Shown: positions 1 to 6,801, counted from the stretch's first letter. The stretch is DNA of 44,342 nucleotides from Candidatus Yonathbacteria bacterium RIFCSPHIGHO2_02_FULL_44_14 (GCA_001823535.1 MHUT01000022.1:1-44342); one strand, 5' to 3'. Notes: generated by a model not told the origin, from the sequence alone. Numbers and translations: made by a program.

Positions 1-103
1 ATATCTGTTGTTTTGTATCCATATTCATATGGAAATACGGTAACCCATTTGTGGCCTATCCGGGGGAATTACGGTAACAGTTTTAATGGCATATAACGAA
101 TGC

Positions 104-132
104 TTGACTTTTATATAATATGGTGGTACACT
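104..132 (+). promoter_or_regulatory. sigma70-type promoter
   Basis: TTGACT(104-109)-17 bp-TACACT(127-132) with extended -10 TG at 124-125. Confidence 0.6.
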
Positions 133-170
133 TGTTTAGGTTTGTCCACATTAATGAATAAGTGAGGAGA

Positions 171-323
171 ATGAAAATGGAAGGGGATCATGGACATAAA
201 TTTACACCACCAACTGCGATAGTTGTTGAGGCATCACCGGAACGCTGGAAGGTGTTGTTATTAATACCGGCGATATTAGTAATTTGTTGGGCTGTTATTT
301 CATTTTTATTTTCATTCAGCTAG
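171..323 (+). CDS. small single-pass membrane protein (48-50 aa), not in ORF track
   Basis: My translation: MKMEGDHGHKFTPPTAIVVEASPERWKVLLLIPAILVICWAVISFLFSFS*. GAGGAG SD just upstream favours ATG 177; promoter upstream and terminator downstream. Confidence 0.6.
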   Translation: MKMEGDHGHKFTPPTAIVVEASPERWKVLLLIPAILVICWAVISFLFSFS

Positions 324-341
324 CAGGAAGTCTAGCAATAT

Positions 342-375
342 GCGACCGAATCTATGTTCGGTCGTCTTCTTTTTA
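342..375 (+). terminator. intrinsic terminator
   Basis: CGACCGAA-tctatg-TTCGGTCG followed by TCTTCTTTTT. Confidence 0.65.
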
Positions 376-385
376 ACTGTTTTTG

Positions 386-415
386 TTGCTATTTGTCATA
401 CAGTGTATTACACTG
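386..415 (+). promoter_or_regulatory. sigma70-type promoter with overlapping palindrome
   Basis: TTGCTA(386-391)-17 bp-TACACT(409-414); CAGTGTA-T-TACACTG inverted repeat at 401-415. Confidence 0.5.
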
Positions 416-443
416 GAAAAGTTCAATTACTTAGGAGTTCGTC

Positions 444-644
444 TTGAAAGTAGAAAAAATTTTTCCGGTCATCGTTGTTCTTTTTAGTTTAGGTTTTTTA
501 ACTCTTTGTGGATTTCTTGATCGTCCAACGGTTGAGGTATCCACTCGTACGCAGAGGTGTGTACGTGCGTATGATCCTCACGGATTATTGCCGTGCAGTG
601 AAGCGATGAAGAGATTGCCTAAAAAGGTACTTGTTGATCTTTAG
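444..644 (+). CDS. small membrane-anchored hypothetical protein (66 aa)
   Basis: AGGAG SD before TTG start; N-terminal hydrophobic helix, two Cys in the soluble part; promoter and terminator flank it. Confidence 0.6.
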   Translation: MKVEKIFPVIVVLFSLGFLTLCGFLDRPTVEVSTRTQRCVRAYDPHGLLPCSEAMKRLPKKVLVDL

Positions 645-677
645 TGTAAACAAAATATCAACAAGTCAAAATATAAG

Positions 678-704
678 AGGCCAGACTTTTTTAGAGTCTG
701 GCCT
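678..704. terminator. probable bidirectional terminator between convergent small genes
   Basis: AGGCCAGACT...AGTCTGGCCT 10-bp stem. Confidence 0.6.
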
Positions 705-736
705 TTATCATTGTGGTTGTTTGTCATTAGTGCGCT

Positions 737-946
737 TCAAGCTGGCGCCCTGAGGAGTCGTTTCTTTTCAAAGGATTTCATTCGTGGCGTGTTTGCCCGT
801 AAAATGTTGGACCGACGAATATCATCTCTTATCCAGCAGGGCAGGCGGTTGAGCCTTTTCCTGTCTATCTCGTCCTTGTTGGCGCGCATAGGTGAGTCTC
901 TGTGAGAGCGACTCTCGCGGTTGCGTGGCCGACCTATTTTTTTCAT
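737..946 (-). CDS. small Arg/Lys-rich hypothetical protein (69 aa)
   Basis: ORF track; AAGGGTG SD-like motif; TGGACA-16-TAGGAT promoter-like motif upstream; ends before the 678-704 hairpin. Confidence 0.5.
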   Translation of the reverse strand: MKKIGRPRNRESRSHRDSPMRANKDEIDRKRLNRLPCWIRDDIRRSNILRANTPRMKSFEKKRLLRAPA

Positions 947-1025
947 ATATTCACCCTTTTGTACAAGGCAACTTTGCCTTTTCTTATCCTACTCTTTTTT
1001 TAAAACCTGTCCAATTTACCTGCAT

Positions 1026-1062
1026 GAAAAAAGCCGACCCAATGAGATTCATTGTGCCAGCT
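1026..1062 (-). terminator. intrinsic terminator
   Basis: Minus strand AGCTGGC-A-CAATGA-atc-TCATTG-G-GTCGGCT (with G-U pairs) followed by a T run. Confidence 0.6.
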
Positions 1063-1089
1063 ATTTGTCTTGGGTTAAGATTGGTTGGA

Positions 1090-1266
1090 TCACCCCAGAT
1101 TGTTTTTTTGTTCCAACAAAGCGCTCTTTTTCCTGCGTGCTTCAAGTTCAAGCAGGCACCCAAAGTTGCTTAATTTGCGCCGAGGTTCCTGCTGAAGTCG
1201 CTTCCTTTTCATTGTTCGAGAAAAAAGTTTGCTGAATGAGGATCCTATTATTTTAACTAAATTCAT
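1090..1266 (-). CDS. small basic hypothetical protein (58 aa), not in ORF track
   Basis: My translation: MNLVKIIGSSFSKLFSRTMKRKRLQQEPRRKLSNFGCLLELEARRKKSALLEQKNNLG*. AGGGAGAG SD; own promoter and terminator. Confidence 0.55.
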   Translation of the reverse strand: MNLVKIIGSSFSKLFSRTMKRKRLQQEPRRKLSNFGCLLELEARRKKSALLEQKNNLG

Positions 1267-1319
1267 AATCTCTCCCTAAAAAAGAACAGTTTAAAAGTTG
1301 TTTTCCGGTGACCTTCCCG

Positions 1320-1348
1320 AAGATACCACATTGTTTTGTTTGGTGCAA
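1320..1348 (-). promoter_or_regulatory. sigma70-type promoter
   Basis: Minus strand TTGCAC-17 bp-TATCTT with TG extension. Confidence 0.5.
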
Positions 1349-1376
1349 ATTTTGATGGATTTTGAGATAAAATTTA

Positions 1377-1402
1377 GCCGGACACCCATCAAGGTGCCCG
1401 GC
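1377..1402 (-). terminator. GC-rich hairpin, probable terminator
   Basis: Minus strand GCCGGGCACC-ttgatg-GGTGTCCGGC then TAAATTTT; 15 bp past the stop of 1418-1621. Confidence 0.5.
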
Positions 1403-1417
1403 AGTTTGTGTGCGTTT

Positions 1418-1621
1418 TTACTTACCCCTACATCCGCGTCTTATACGTGAAGCACGGTTTGATGTTTGCTTATCCCGTAGGTCATTCTGGTGAATGAGGT
1501 GCGGTGATGCTTTTTTGCGCGGGTGTTTATGGAACGGTAGGCGCCGAGATGGCTCGATTAAGCCAATAGGTATAGGCGGGATGGTTTCCAAAAGGAACAA
1601 AATGACATTTCGAGTGAACAT
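1418..1621 (-). CDS. small basic hypothetical protein (67 aa)
   Basis: AAGGAG SD 8 nt upstream of ATG; hydrophobic N-terminus, Arg/Lys/His-rich remainder. Confidence 0.55.
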   Translation of the reverse strand: MFTRNVILFLLETIPPIPIGLIEPSRRLPFHKHPRKKASPHLIHQNDLRDKQTSNRASRIRRGCRGK

Positions 1622-1638
1622 TAAGTGCTCTCCTTATT

Positions 1639-1848
1639 TTAGAAAAAATTTGTGAAATCAAGAAGCGCGCCCTTTTTTGTGTTATCACTGATGCAAGCGA
1701 GAATCTTCGATACGTGTTTTTTTGTGGGCTCGCTCCTCTTTGGTCTGTCGGTTATTCGCAGTAATTGGCGTTTCTCTGCCTTCCTTTTGTTGTCACGAGC
1801 GTCTTCGTGAGCCCCGCGGTCCATTGTTCTTGATGGATGAGTTTGCAT
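1639..1848 (-). CDS. small basic hypothetical protein (69 aa)
   Basis: C-terminal part of ORF 1639-1932; ATG at 1848 (MQTHPSR...) with AAGGG upstream; the longer start lies inside a hairpin element. Confidence 0.45.
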   Translation of the reverse strand: MQTHPSRTMDRGAHEDARDNKRKAEKRQLLRITDRPKRSEPTKKHVSKILACISDNTKKGALLDFTNFF

Positions 1849-1873
1849 AAATGCCCTTTTTTGTGAGGTACTA

Positions 1874-2028
1874 ATACCATCTCCAAATAACCTATCCACA
1901 ATAATCCAAAAATTTTGGCTGCGCCTTCGCAAAAATCCTTCGAAATATCTCGATATTCCTCAGTATTTTTACTTCGGCTCGCTCGAAATTTTTGAATTCT
2001 TTGTGAAAGAGTTATTTGGAGGTGATAT
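1874..2028. repeat. 155-bp imperfect palindromic element (MITE-like hairpin or structured leader RNA)
   Basis: Terminal arms ATACCATCTCCAAATAAC / GTTATTTGGAGGTGATAT (16/18 complementary); inner pairs CACAA/TTGTG, CAAAAATTT/AAATTTTTG, AAAAAT/ATTTTT, AATATC/GATATT. Confidence 0.75.
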
Positions 2029-2059
2029 AAAAATCCCGAGTTATCTCGAGTCCTTTGGC

Positions 2060-2088
2060 ATAGTACCACATGAATTGTATTCGCGCAA
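2060..2088 (-). promoter_or_regulatory. sigma70-type promoter, leftward
   Basis: Minus strand TTGCGC-17 bp-TACTAT with TG extension; back-to-back with the tRNA promoter. Confidence 0.55.
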
Positions 2089-2094
2089 ATTCCG

Positions 2095-2123
2095 TTGCGG
2101 AATAGTGCGTTTTCTGGTATATT
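2095..2123 (+). promoter_or_regulatory. sigma70-type promoter for the tRNA transcript
   Basis: TTGCGG(2095-2100)-17 bp-TATATT(2118-2123) with TG extension. Confidence 0.55.
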
Positions 2124-2140
2124 CTGGGAGTTCCCAAAAA

Positions 2141-2216
2141 GCGCGTGTAGCGGAGGCTGGTGGTCAGCCCGTAGGTGACTCTGCTGAGTCAAGCACGCCA
2201 CTGATAATGACGAGGT
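2141..2216 (+). pseudogene. altered partial copy of tRNA-Ile (5' acceptor strand plus anticodon arm; no T arm or 3' strand)
   Basis: GCGCGTGTAGC is identical to tRNA nt 1-11; CACTGATAATGACGAGGT is identical to the tRNA anticodon region; D loop replaced by two hairpins. Confidence 0.65.
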
Positions 2217-2233
2217 AACGTAGGAAGTATTAT

Positions 2234-2307
2234 GCGCGTGTAGCTCAGGTGGTTAGAGCGCGTCACTGATAATGACGAGGTCCCAAGTTCGAGTCTTGGC
2301 ATGCGCA
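2234..2307 (+). tRNA. tRNA-Ile (anticodon GAT)
   Basis: Full cloverleaf: acceptor GCGCGTG/CATGCGC, D stem GCTC/GAGC, anticodon arm CGTCA-CTGATAA-TGACG, T arm CCAAG-TTCGAGT-CTTGG, discriminator A; CCA not encoded (CCG follows). Confidence 0.97.
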
Positions 2308-2312
2308 CCGAT

Positions 2313-2361
2313 AATGAAAACGAAAAGATCAGGGTCAAACCCTGATCTTTTCGTTTTCATT
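2313..2361. terminator. 23-bp perfect inverted repeat, probable terminator after the tRNA
   Basis: AATGAAAACGAAAAGATCAGGGT-caa-ACCCTGATCTTTTCGTTTTCATT. Confidence 0.7.
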
Positions 2362-2387
2362 TTGTGGGCTTCTGTTATGATGTGTAT

Positions 2388-3749
2388 ATGAACGAAACGA
2401 GCTACGAAACCTTTTTCAAGGGCAAAAAGATTACCATGCTTGGCTTAGGGCTTTTGGGGCGTGGGGTCAATGTGGCGAAGTTCCTTGCAGAGCTTGATGC
2501 AGAGCTCATAATCACCGACTTGAAGGACTCCACAGCACTCGCGCCATCATTGAAACAGCTTACGAAGTTTAAGAATATTCGTTACGTTTTTGGCGAGCAC
2601 CGTTTCGAGGATTTCAAAAATTGCGATATGGTCATCAAGGCTGCGGGGGTACCGCTCGACTCTCCTTATATCGCCGAGGCAAACAAAAATAAAATTCCTG
2701 TAGAGATGGATGCGTCACTCTTTGCAAAATTTACGCCAGCAACTATTGTAGGTGTTACGGGAACAAGGGGCAAATCGACGGTTACGCATCTTATTGCACA
2801 CATACTCGAACGCGCATATCCGAAACATGTTTTTGTGGGTGGCAATGTTCGTGGTATAGCGACACTACCGCTTCTCAGGAAAACGAAGGTCGGTGATATT
2901 GTTGTATTGGAACTCGATTCGTGGCAATTGCAGGGTTTTGGTGAGGCAAAACTTTCCCCCAATATTGCGGTGTTTACCAATTTTTTACCTGATCACTTGA
3001 ATTACTACAAGGGTGATATGAGAAAATATTTTGACGATAAGGCAAACATTTTTAAGCACCAAAAGGAAGATGAGGTACTAGTGCTCGGGGAACAACTTTT
3101 GAAAACCCAAGAAGGGCGGTCCTTCCTGGACGCAAAAAGGAAGGGCGGTCCTTCCTGGGTTGTGGCGCGTAAAAGCATTGTGCCAAAGTCGTGGAAGATA
3201 AAGATTCCCGGCGAGCATAATCTTGCCAATATCGCTTGTGCTATTTTGGCTTGCAAGGAGTTGGATGTTCCGAAAGATGCAATTAAAAAAGGAGTGGAAA
3301 GTTTTGTGGGAGTTCCTGGGCGTCTGGAACTCGTATGCACTATAGGTGGGGTGAAATACTACAACGACACTACAGCAACAACCCCCGACGGCAACCGTGC
3401 CGCACTCGAGGCTCTTGGCGCTAAAAACAAAAAAAACATAATACTCATAGCTGGTGGTGCTGATAAGAATCTCGACTATACCGATATGGCTAAGTTTGTA
3501 CATAAGACCGTGAAAGGGCTCGTGCTCATTGAAGGTGTCGCAACAGAAAAACTTCTGGCAAAAATCCCAAAGAAAACTTCATACCCCGTATATATAGTGG
3601 ATAGCATGAGGGATGCGGTTGAAGCAGCGCGTGACTTTGCACGATATGGCGACACCATTCTGCTTTCGCCCGGTGCGGCAAGTTTTGGCGTTTTTAAAAA
3701 TGAATTCGACCGCGGGGACCAGTTTGTGAAGCTGGTGAAAAATATATAA
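2388..3749 (+). CDS. murD: UDP-N-acetylmuramoyl-L-alanine--D-glutamate ligase
   Basis: GLGLLGRG, GVTGTRGKST P-loop, LELDSWQL, N-F-x-PDHLN, GEHN, YYNDT, GGADK, LLSPGAASF..F..RG motifs; start moved to ATG 2388 (TATGAT 6 nt upstream). Confidence 0.95.
   Translation: MNETSYETFFKGKKITMLGLGLLGRGVNVAKFLAELDAELIITDLKDSTALAPSLKQLTKFKNIRYVFGEHRFEDFKNCDMVIKAAGVPLDSPYIAEANKNKIPVEMDASLFAKFTPATIVGVTGTRGKSTVTHLIAHILERAYPKHVFVGGNVRGIATLPLLRKTKVGDIVVLELDSWQLQGFGEAKLSPNIAVFTNFLPDHLNYYKGDMRKYFDDKANIFKHQKEDEVLVLGEQLLKTQEGRSFLDAKRKGGPSWVVARKSIVPKSWKIKIPGEHNLANIACAILACKELDVPKDAIKKGVESFVGVPGRLELVCTIGGVKYYNDTTATTPDGNRAALEALGAKNKKNIILIAGGADKNLDYTDMAKFVHKTVKGLVLIEGVATEKLLAKIPKKTSYPVYIVDSMRDAVEAARDFARYGDTILLSPGAASFGVFKNEFDRGDQFVKLVKNI
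3104..3161. repeat. tandem palindromic repeat embedded in murD
   Basis: GAAGGGCGGTCCTTCCTGG at 3111-3129 and 3140-3158; 16 bp of it recurs at 42494-42509. Confidence 0.8.
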
Positions 3750-3764
3750 TAATACTCTGTCTTG

Positions 3765-3796
3765 TACCTATTTGCATCTATAGATGCAAATAGGTA
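3765..3796. repeat. 32-bp perfect palindrome downstream of murD
   Basis: TACCTATTTGCATCTA|TAGATGCAAATAGGTA with no spacer. Confidence 0.85.
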
Positions 3797-3848
3797 AGAG
3801 GTGAAAACTTTTGGTTTGGTATTTTTTTTGATATAGTTTCAAACATAT

Positions 3849-4547
3849 ATGAAAGCTGTGATTTTTGCTGCAGGGGAGGGGAAGCGTTTGCTACCGCTTA
3901 CTCTCGAGTGTCCAAAACCTCTTGTTTTCGTGCTTGGCAAGCCTCTCATTCAGCATATATGGGAAGCCCTTCCCGATACGATTGATGAGGTGGTGATTGT
4001 CGTTGGGTATAAAAGTGGAATGATGCGAGATTTTCTCAAGGATGAGTTTATGGGGAAGTGCGTGACGTATGTCGAACAAAAAGAACCGCTCGGTACTGCT
4101 CATGCTCTAAAAATTTGCAGGCCCCATCTTGAAAACGAGAAAAAGTTTTTGCTCATGTATGCTGATGATCTCCATGGGGCGAGCGCCATTAAGCAATGCA
4201 CTGAGCATGAGTCTGCACTCCTTGTGCATTTTGTCGATGACCCGAGGCGTTTTGGTGTAGTTGTGACGAACGAAGATGGAACCATTAAAAATATTGAGGA
4301 GAAACCAGAACATCCAAAATCGAACCTTGCAGTAACCGGTGTGTATGTTCTGACTCCCAAAATTTTTGAATATGAATCAACACACGCTCAAAATGGCGAA
4401 TATTTTTTGACTGGCATGATAGAGGGATATATTAGACACAACCCAATGTTGGTTATCGAGAGTGATTTTTGGATACCTATTGCGTATCCGTACGACATTG
4501 TACACGCAGAGGAGATACTACTAGGGTTACCACACGCTGATGAATGA
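3849..4547 (+). CDS. sugar-1-phosphate nucleotidyltransferase (NTP_transferase family)
   Basis: AAGEGKRLLPLT..PKPL, EQ.EPLGTAHAL, FGVV, EEKP..P.SNLA.TGVY; no C-terminal beta-helix domain. Confidence 0.88.
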   Translation: MKAVIFAAGEGKRLLPLTLECPKPLVFVLGKPLIQHIWEALPDTIDEVVIVVGYKSGMMRDFLKDEFMGKCVTYVEQKEPLGTAHALKICRPHLENEKKFLLMYADDLHGASAIKQCTEHESALLVHFVDDPRRFGVVVTNEDGTIKNIEEKPEHPKSNLAVTGVYVLTPKIFEYESTHAQNGEYFLTGMIEGYIRHNPMLVIESDFWIPIAYPYDIVHAEEILLGLPHADE

Positions 4548-5838
4548 GGATTTCCTAAAAAATATTCACGCCGTGCATTTTGTTGGTATTGGCGGGATCG
4601 GCGTTTCCGCCGTTGCGAGACTCATGCTTGCACGTGGAGTTTCTGTGGTAGGATCCGATCGCGACCACTCACTCATTACTGAAAAACTCATGGCGGATGG
4701 TGCAATGATTTTTATCGGGCATGATGCTGTTCAAGTGTCGGCGCAATGCGACCTTCTTGTGTATTCGCCAGCAATATCGAGAGACAATCCCGAGCTTCTT
4801 ATCGCAAGGGAAAAAGGAGTGCAGGTGCTCTCATACCCAGAGGCGCTCGGTATGATCTCTCGTGGAATGCGCACTGTCGCTGTTGCGGGGACACATGGAA
4901 AGACCACAACAACAGCGATGATTGCAGAGGTTCTTGTGGGTGCCAGCAAGAACCCAACCGTCATCGTGGGCAGCCTCCTCAAATCTGGCACCAATTTTAT
5001 CGCAGGTACAAGCGATATTTTTATTGTTGAGGCGTGCGAGTACAAACGCTCATTTTTGAATCTTTCGCCAGAAATTCTCGTCATTACCAATATCGACAAT
5101 GATCATCTCGACTACTATGGAAGTATTGAAGGTGTACAAAAAGCATTTGCGGAGTTGGTAGAAAAAATTCCTGCGCACGGCGCTATCGTGTGCGACCCGA
5201 GCGACCCTCGTGTGGCACCCGTACTCACGAAAGCAGTCGCGCGGATTGTCGACTACACACTTGGAAACCCGACGTCCAAGTTAGAGCTTGCAGTCTCAGG
5301 GGAGCATAATAAAAAGAATGCCAGAGCTGCTCTAGCAGTCGCGCGTATTCTTGATGTCGACGAAATAGAGGCCTGCACACTCCTCGCAGAGTTTCAAGGA
5401 ACATGGCGGCGCATGGAATACAAAGGTAAAATAGAAAATGGTGGGCTCGTGTATGATGACTATGCACACCACCCAACAGAGGTAAAAGCAACACTGCAGG
5501 GGTTTCGCGCAAAGTACCCGGACCACCGCATCCGCGTCGTTTTTCAGCCGCACCTTTACTCACGCACGAAACTTCTCCTTAATGATTTTGCACAAAGTTT
5601 TAGCGATGCCGACGAGGTCATCGTTGCACCTATCTATGCCGCACGCGAGAAACCAGATTCAGAAATCAACGCAGGAATTCTTGCTGGAGAGATTACAAAA
5701 AATCATCTCAATACGCGCACCTTTGGTGATTTCCTTGCCATTGAAAAATATGTACGTAGTACTACCACATCGAATGATGTCATTATTACGATGGGAGCCG
5801 GAGATATATACAGAATAGGAGATAGTGTGGTAGTGTAA
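4540..5838 (+). CDS. murC: UDP-N-acetylmuramate--L-alanine ligase
   Basis: GIGGIGVS, AGTHGKTTT, EACEY, DNDHLD, DDYAHHPTE, FQPH, MGAGD motifs. Confidence 0.95.
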   Translation: MNEDFLKNIHAVHFVGIGGIGVSAVARLMLARGVSVVGSDRDHSLITEKLMADGAMIFIGHDAVQVSAQCDLLVYSPAISRDNPELLIAREKGVQVLSYPEALGMISRGMRTVAVAGTHGKTTTTAMIAEVLVGASKNPTVIVGSLLKSGTNFIAGTSDIFIVEACEYKRSFLNLSPEILVITNIDNDHLDYYGSIEGVQKAFAELVEKIPAHGAIVCDPSDPRVAPVLTKAVARIVDYTLGNPTSKLELAVSGEHNKKNARAALAVARILDVDEIEACTLLAEFQGTWRRMEYKGKIENGGLVYDDYAHHPTEVKATLQGFRAKYPDHRIRVVFQPHLYSRTKLLLNDFAQSFSDADEVIVAPIYAAREKPDSEINAGILAGEITKNHLNTRTFGDFLAIEKYVRSTTTSNDVIITMGAGDIYRIGDSVVV

Positions 5839-5849
5839 CATTTAAATCT

Positions 5850-6551
5850 ATGGCAACACTATTTATCGTCGGTACCCCAATAGGTAACCTTGAGGATATT
5901 ACGCTCCGCGCCCTGCGTGTGCTCAAGGAAGTTGATTTGGTTTTGTGTGAGGATACGCGTGTTACGAAGCGGCTCCTTTCAAAATACGAGATCAATACAC
6001 CGACGATGAGCTACCATGCGCAATCGAAACTCGCGAAGGCAGACAAAATTTTAGCGCTTCTCGAAGAGGGGAAAAACCTAGCACTCGTGTCGGACGCGGG
6101 AACGCCGTGTATTTCGGACCCCGGAATGCTCCTTGTTTCACAAGTTCGAGAAAAGTTTGGTGATACTATTTCTATAGTACCGATTCCCGGTCCGTCGGCA
6201 CTTATTACCGCGCTTTCGGCTGCTGGCGTCTCTGTCGCCGAATTCACTTTCCTGGGATTTCTTCCTCATAAAAAGGGGAGAGAAACCCTGTTTAAAGAAA
6301 TTGCCGAATCAAAGCGCGTTATGTCTTTTTATGAATCCCCTCACCGTATTGAAAAAACACTTGAGTCTCTTGAAAAATTTTGTGGAGCTTCTCGCAATAT
6401 CATTTTAGCCCGTGAGCTTACAAAGATATATGAAGAATTTGTGCGAGGGACAGTCGAGGAAGTTCGTGCTCATTTCGCTCAAAACCCAGACCGCGTGAGG
6501 GGCGAATTTGTGGTAATAGTGGAGGGCAACTTCCATATTCTGCCAAAATAA
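5850..6551 (+). CDS. rsmI: 16S rRNA (cytidine1402-2'-O)-methyltransferase
   Basis: TPIGNLEDITLRAL, CEDTRVT, VSDAGTP.ISDPG, YESPHR, RELTK.YEE, RGEFV. Confidence 0.96.
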   Translation: MATLFIVGTPIGNLEDITLRALRVLKEVDLVLCEDTRVTKRLLSKYEINTPTMSYHAQSKLAKADKILALLEEGKNLALVSDAGTPCISDPGMLLVSQVREKFGDTISIVPIPGPSALITALSAAGVSVAEFTFLGFLPHKKGRETLFKEIAESKRVMSFYESPHRIEKTLESLEKFCGASRNIILARELTKIYEEFVRGTVEEVRAHFAQNPDRVRGEFVVIVEGNFHILPK

Positions 6552-6564
6552 GTATACTAACAGT

Positions 6565-6801
6565 ATGACAAAACATACTGCAATGGTTTTTTTGGGAATT
6601 TTGGTCGCGGCGCTTCCATTGCTCGGTTTTCCTGGATGGCTGCGCACAACACTAATTGTTTCAAGCGGTCTCGGTATCGCGGTTCTCGCATATCTTTCCT
6701 CGGTTGCTTACTGCAGTAATTGCAAAAAACTTATTAAGGACGCCGAACAGGCTCTTCCTGCGAGCAAAGATGACGAAGATTTAATCCCTCCACAGGCATA
6801 A
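6565..6801 (+). CDS. small membrane protein (2 TM helices, CxxC)
   Basis: Two hydrophobic segments, then CSNC and an acidic tail; TATACT 6 nt upstream; stop overlaps next start (TAATG). Confidence 0.7.
   Translation: MTKHTAMVFLGILVAALPLLGFPGWLRTTLIVSSGLGIAVLAYLSSVAYCSNCKKLIKDAEQALPASKDDEDLIPPQA

Noticed and set aside
711-1235. Plus-strand ORFs 711-905, 892-1173 and 921-1235
   Set aside because: Antisense to minus-strand ORFs that have SD, promoter and terminator; they cross terminators and lack their own signals
1874-2028. Hairpin as 6S RNA
   Set aside because: Length is similar, but no large central bubble is evident; an Rfam search is needed to exclude it fully
1752-2218. ORFs 1752-2201(-), 2003-2218(+) and the N-terminal extension of 1639-1932
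   Set aside because: They run through the hairpin element, divergent promoters and tRNA-like sequence; no protein motifs
2141-2307. Intron-containing or split tRNA, or prophage att site
   Set aside because: The downstream tRNA is complete by itself; no group I intron core and no integrase or phage genes in the window
3104-3161. CRISPR array
   Set aside because: Only two units with a 10-bp gap, inside a CDS; no cas genes
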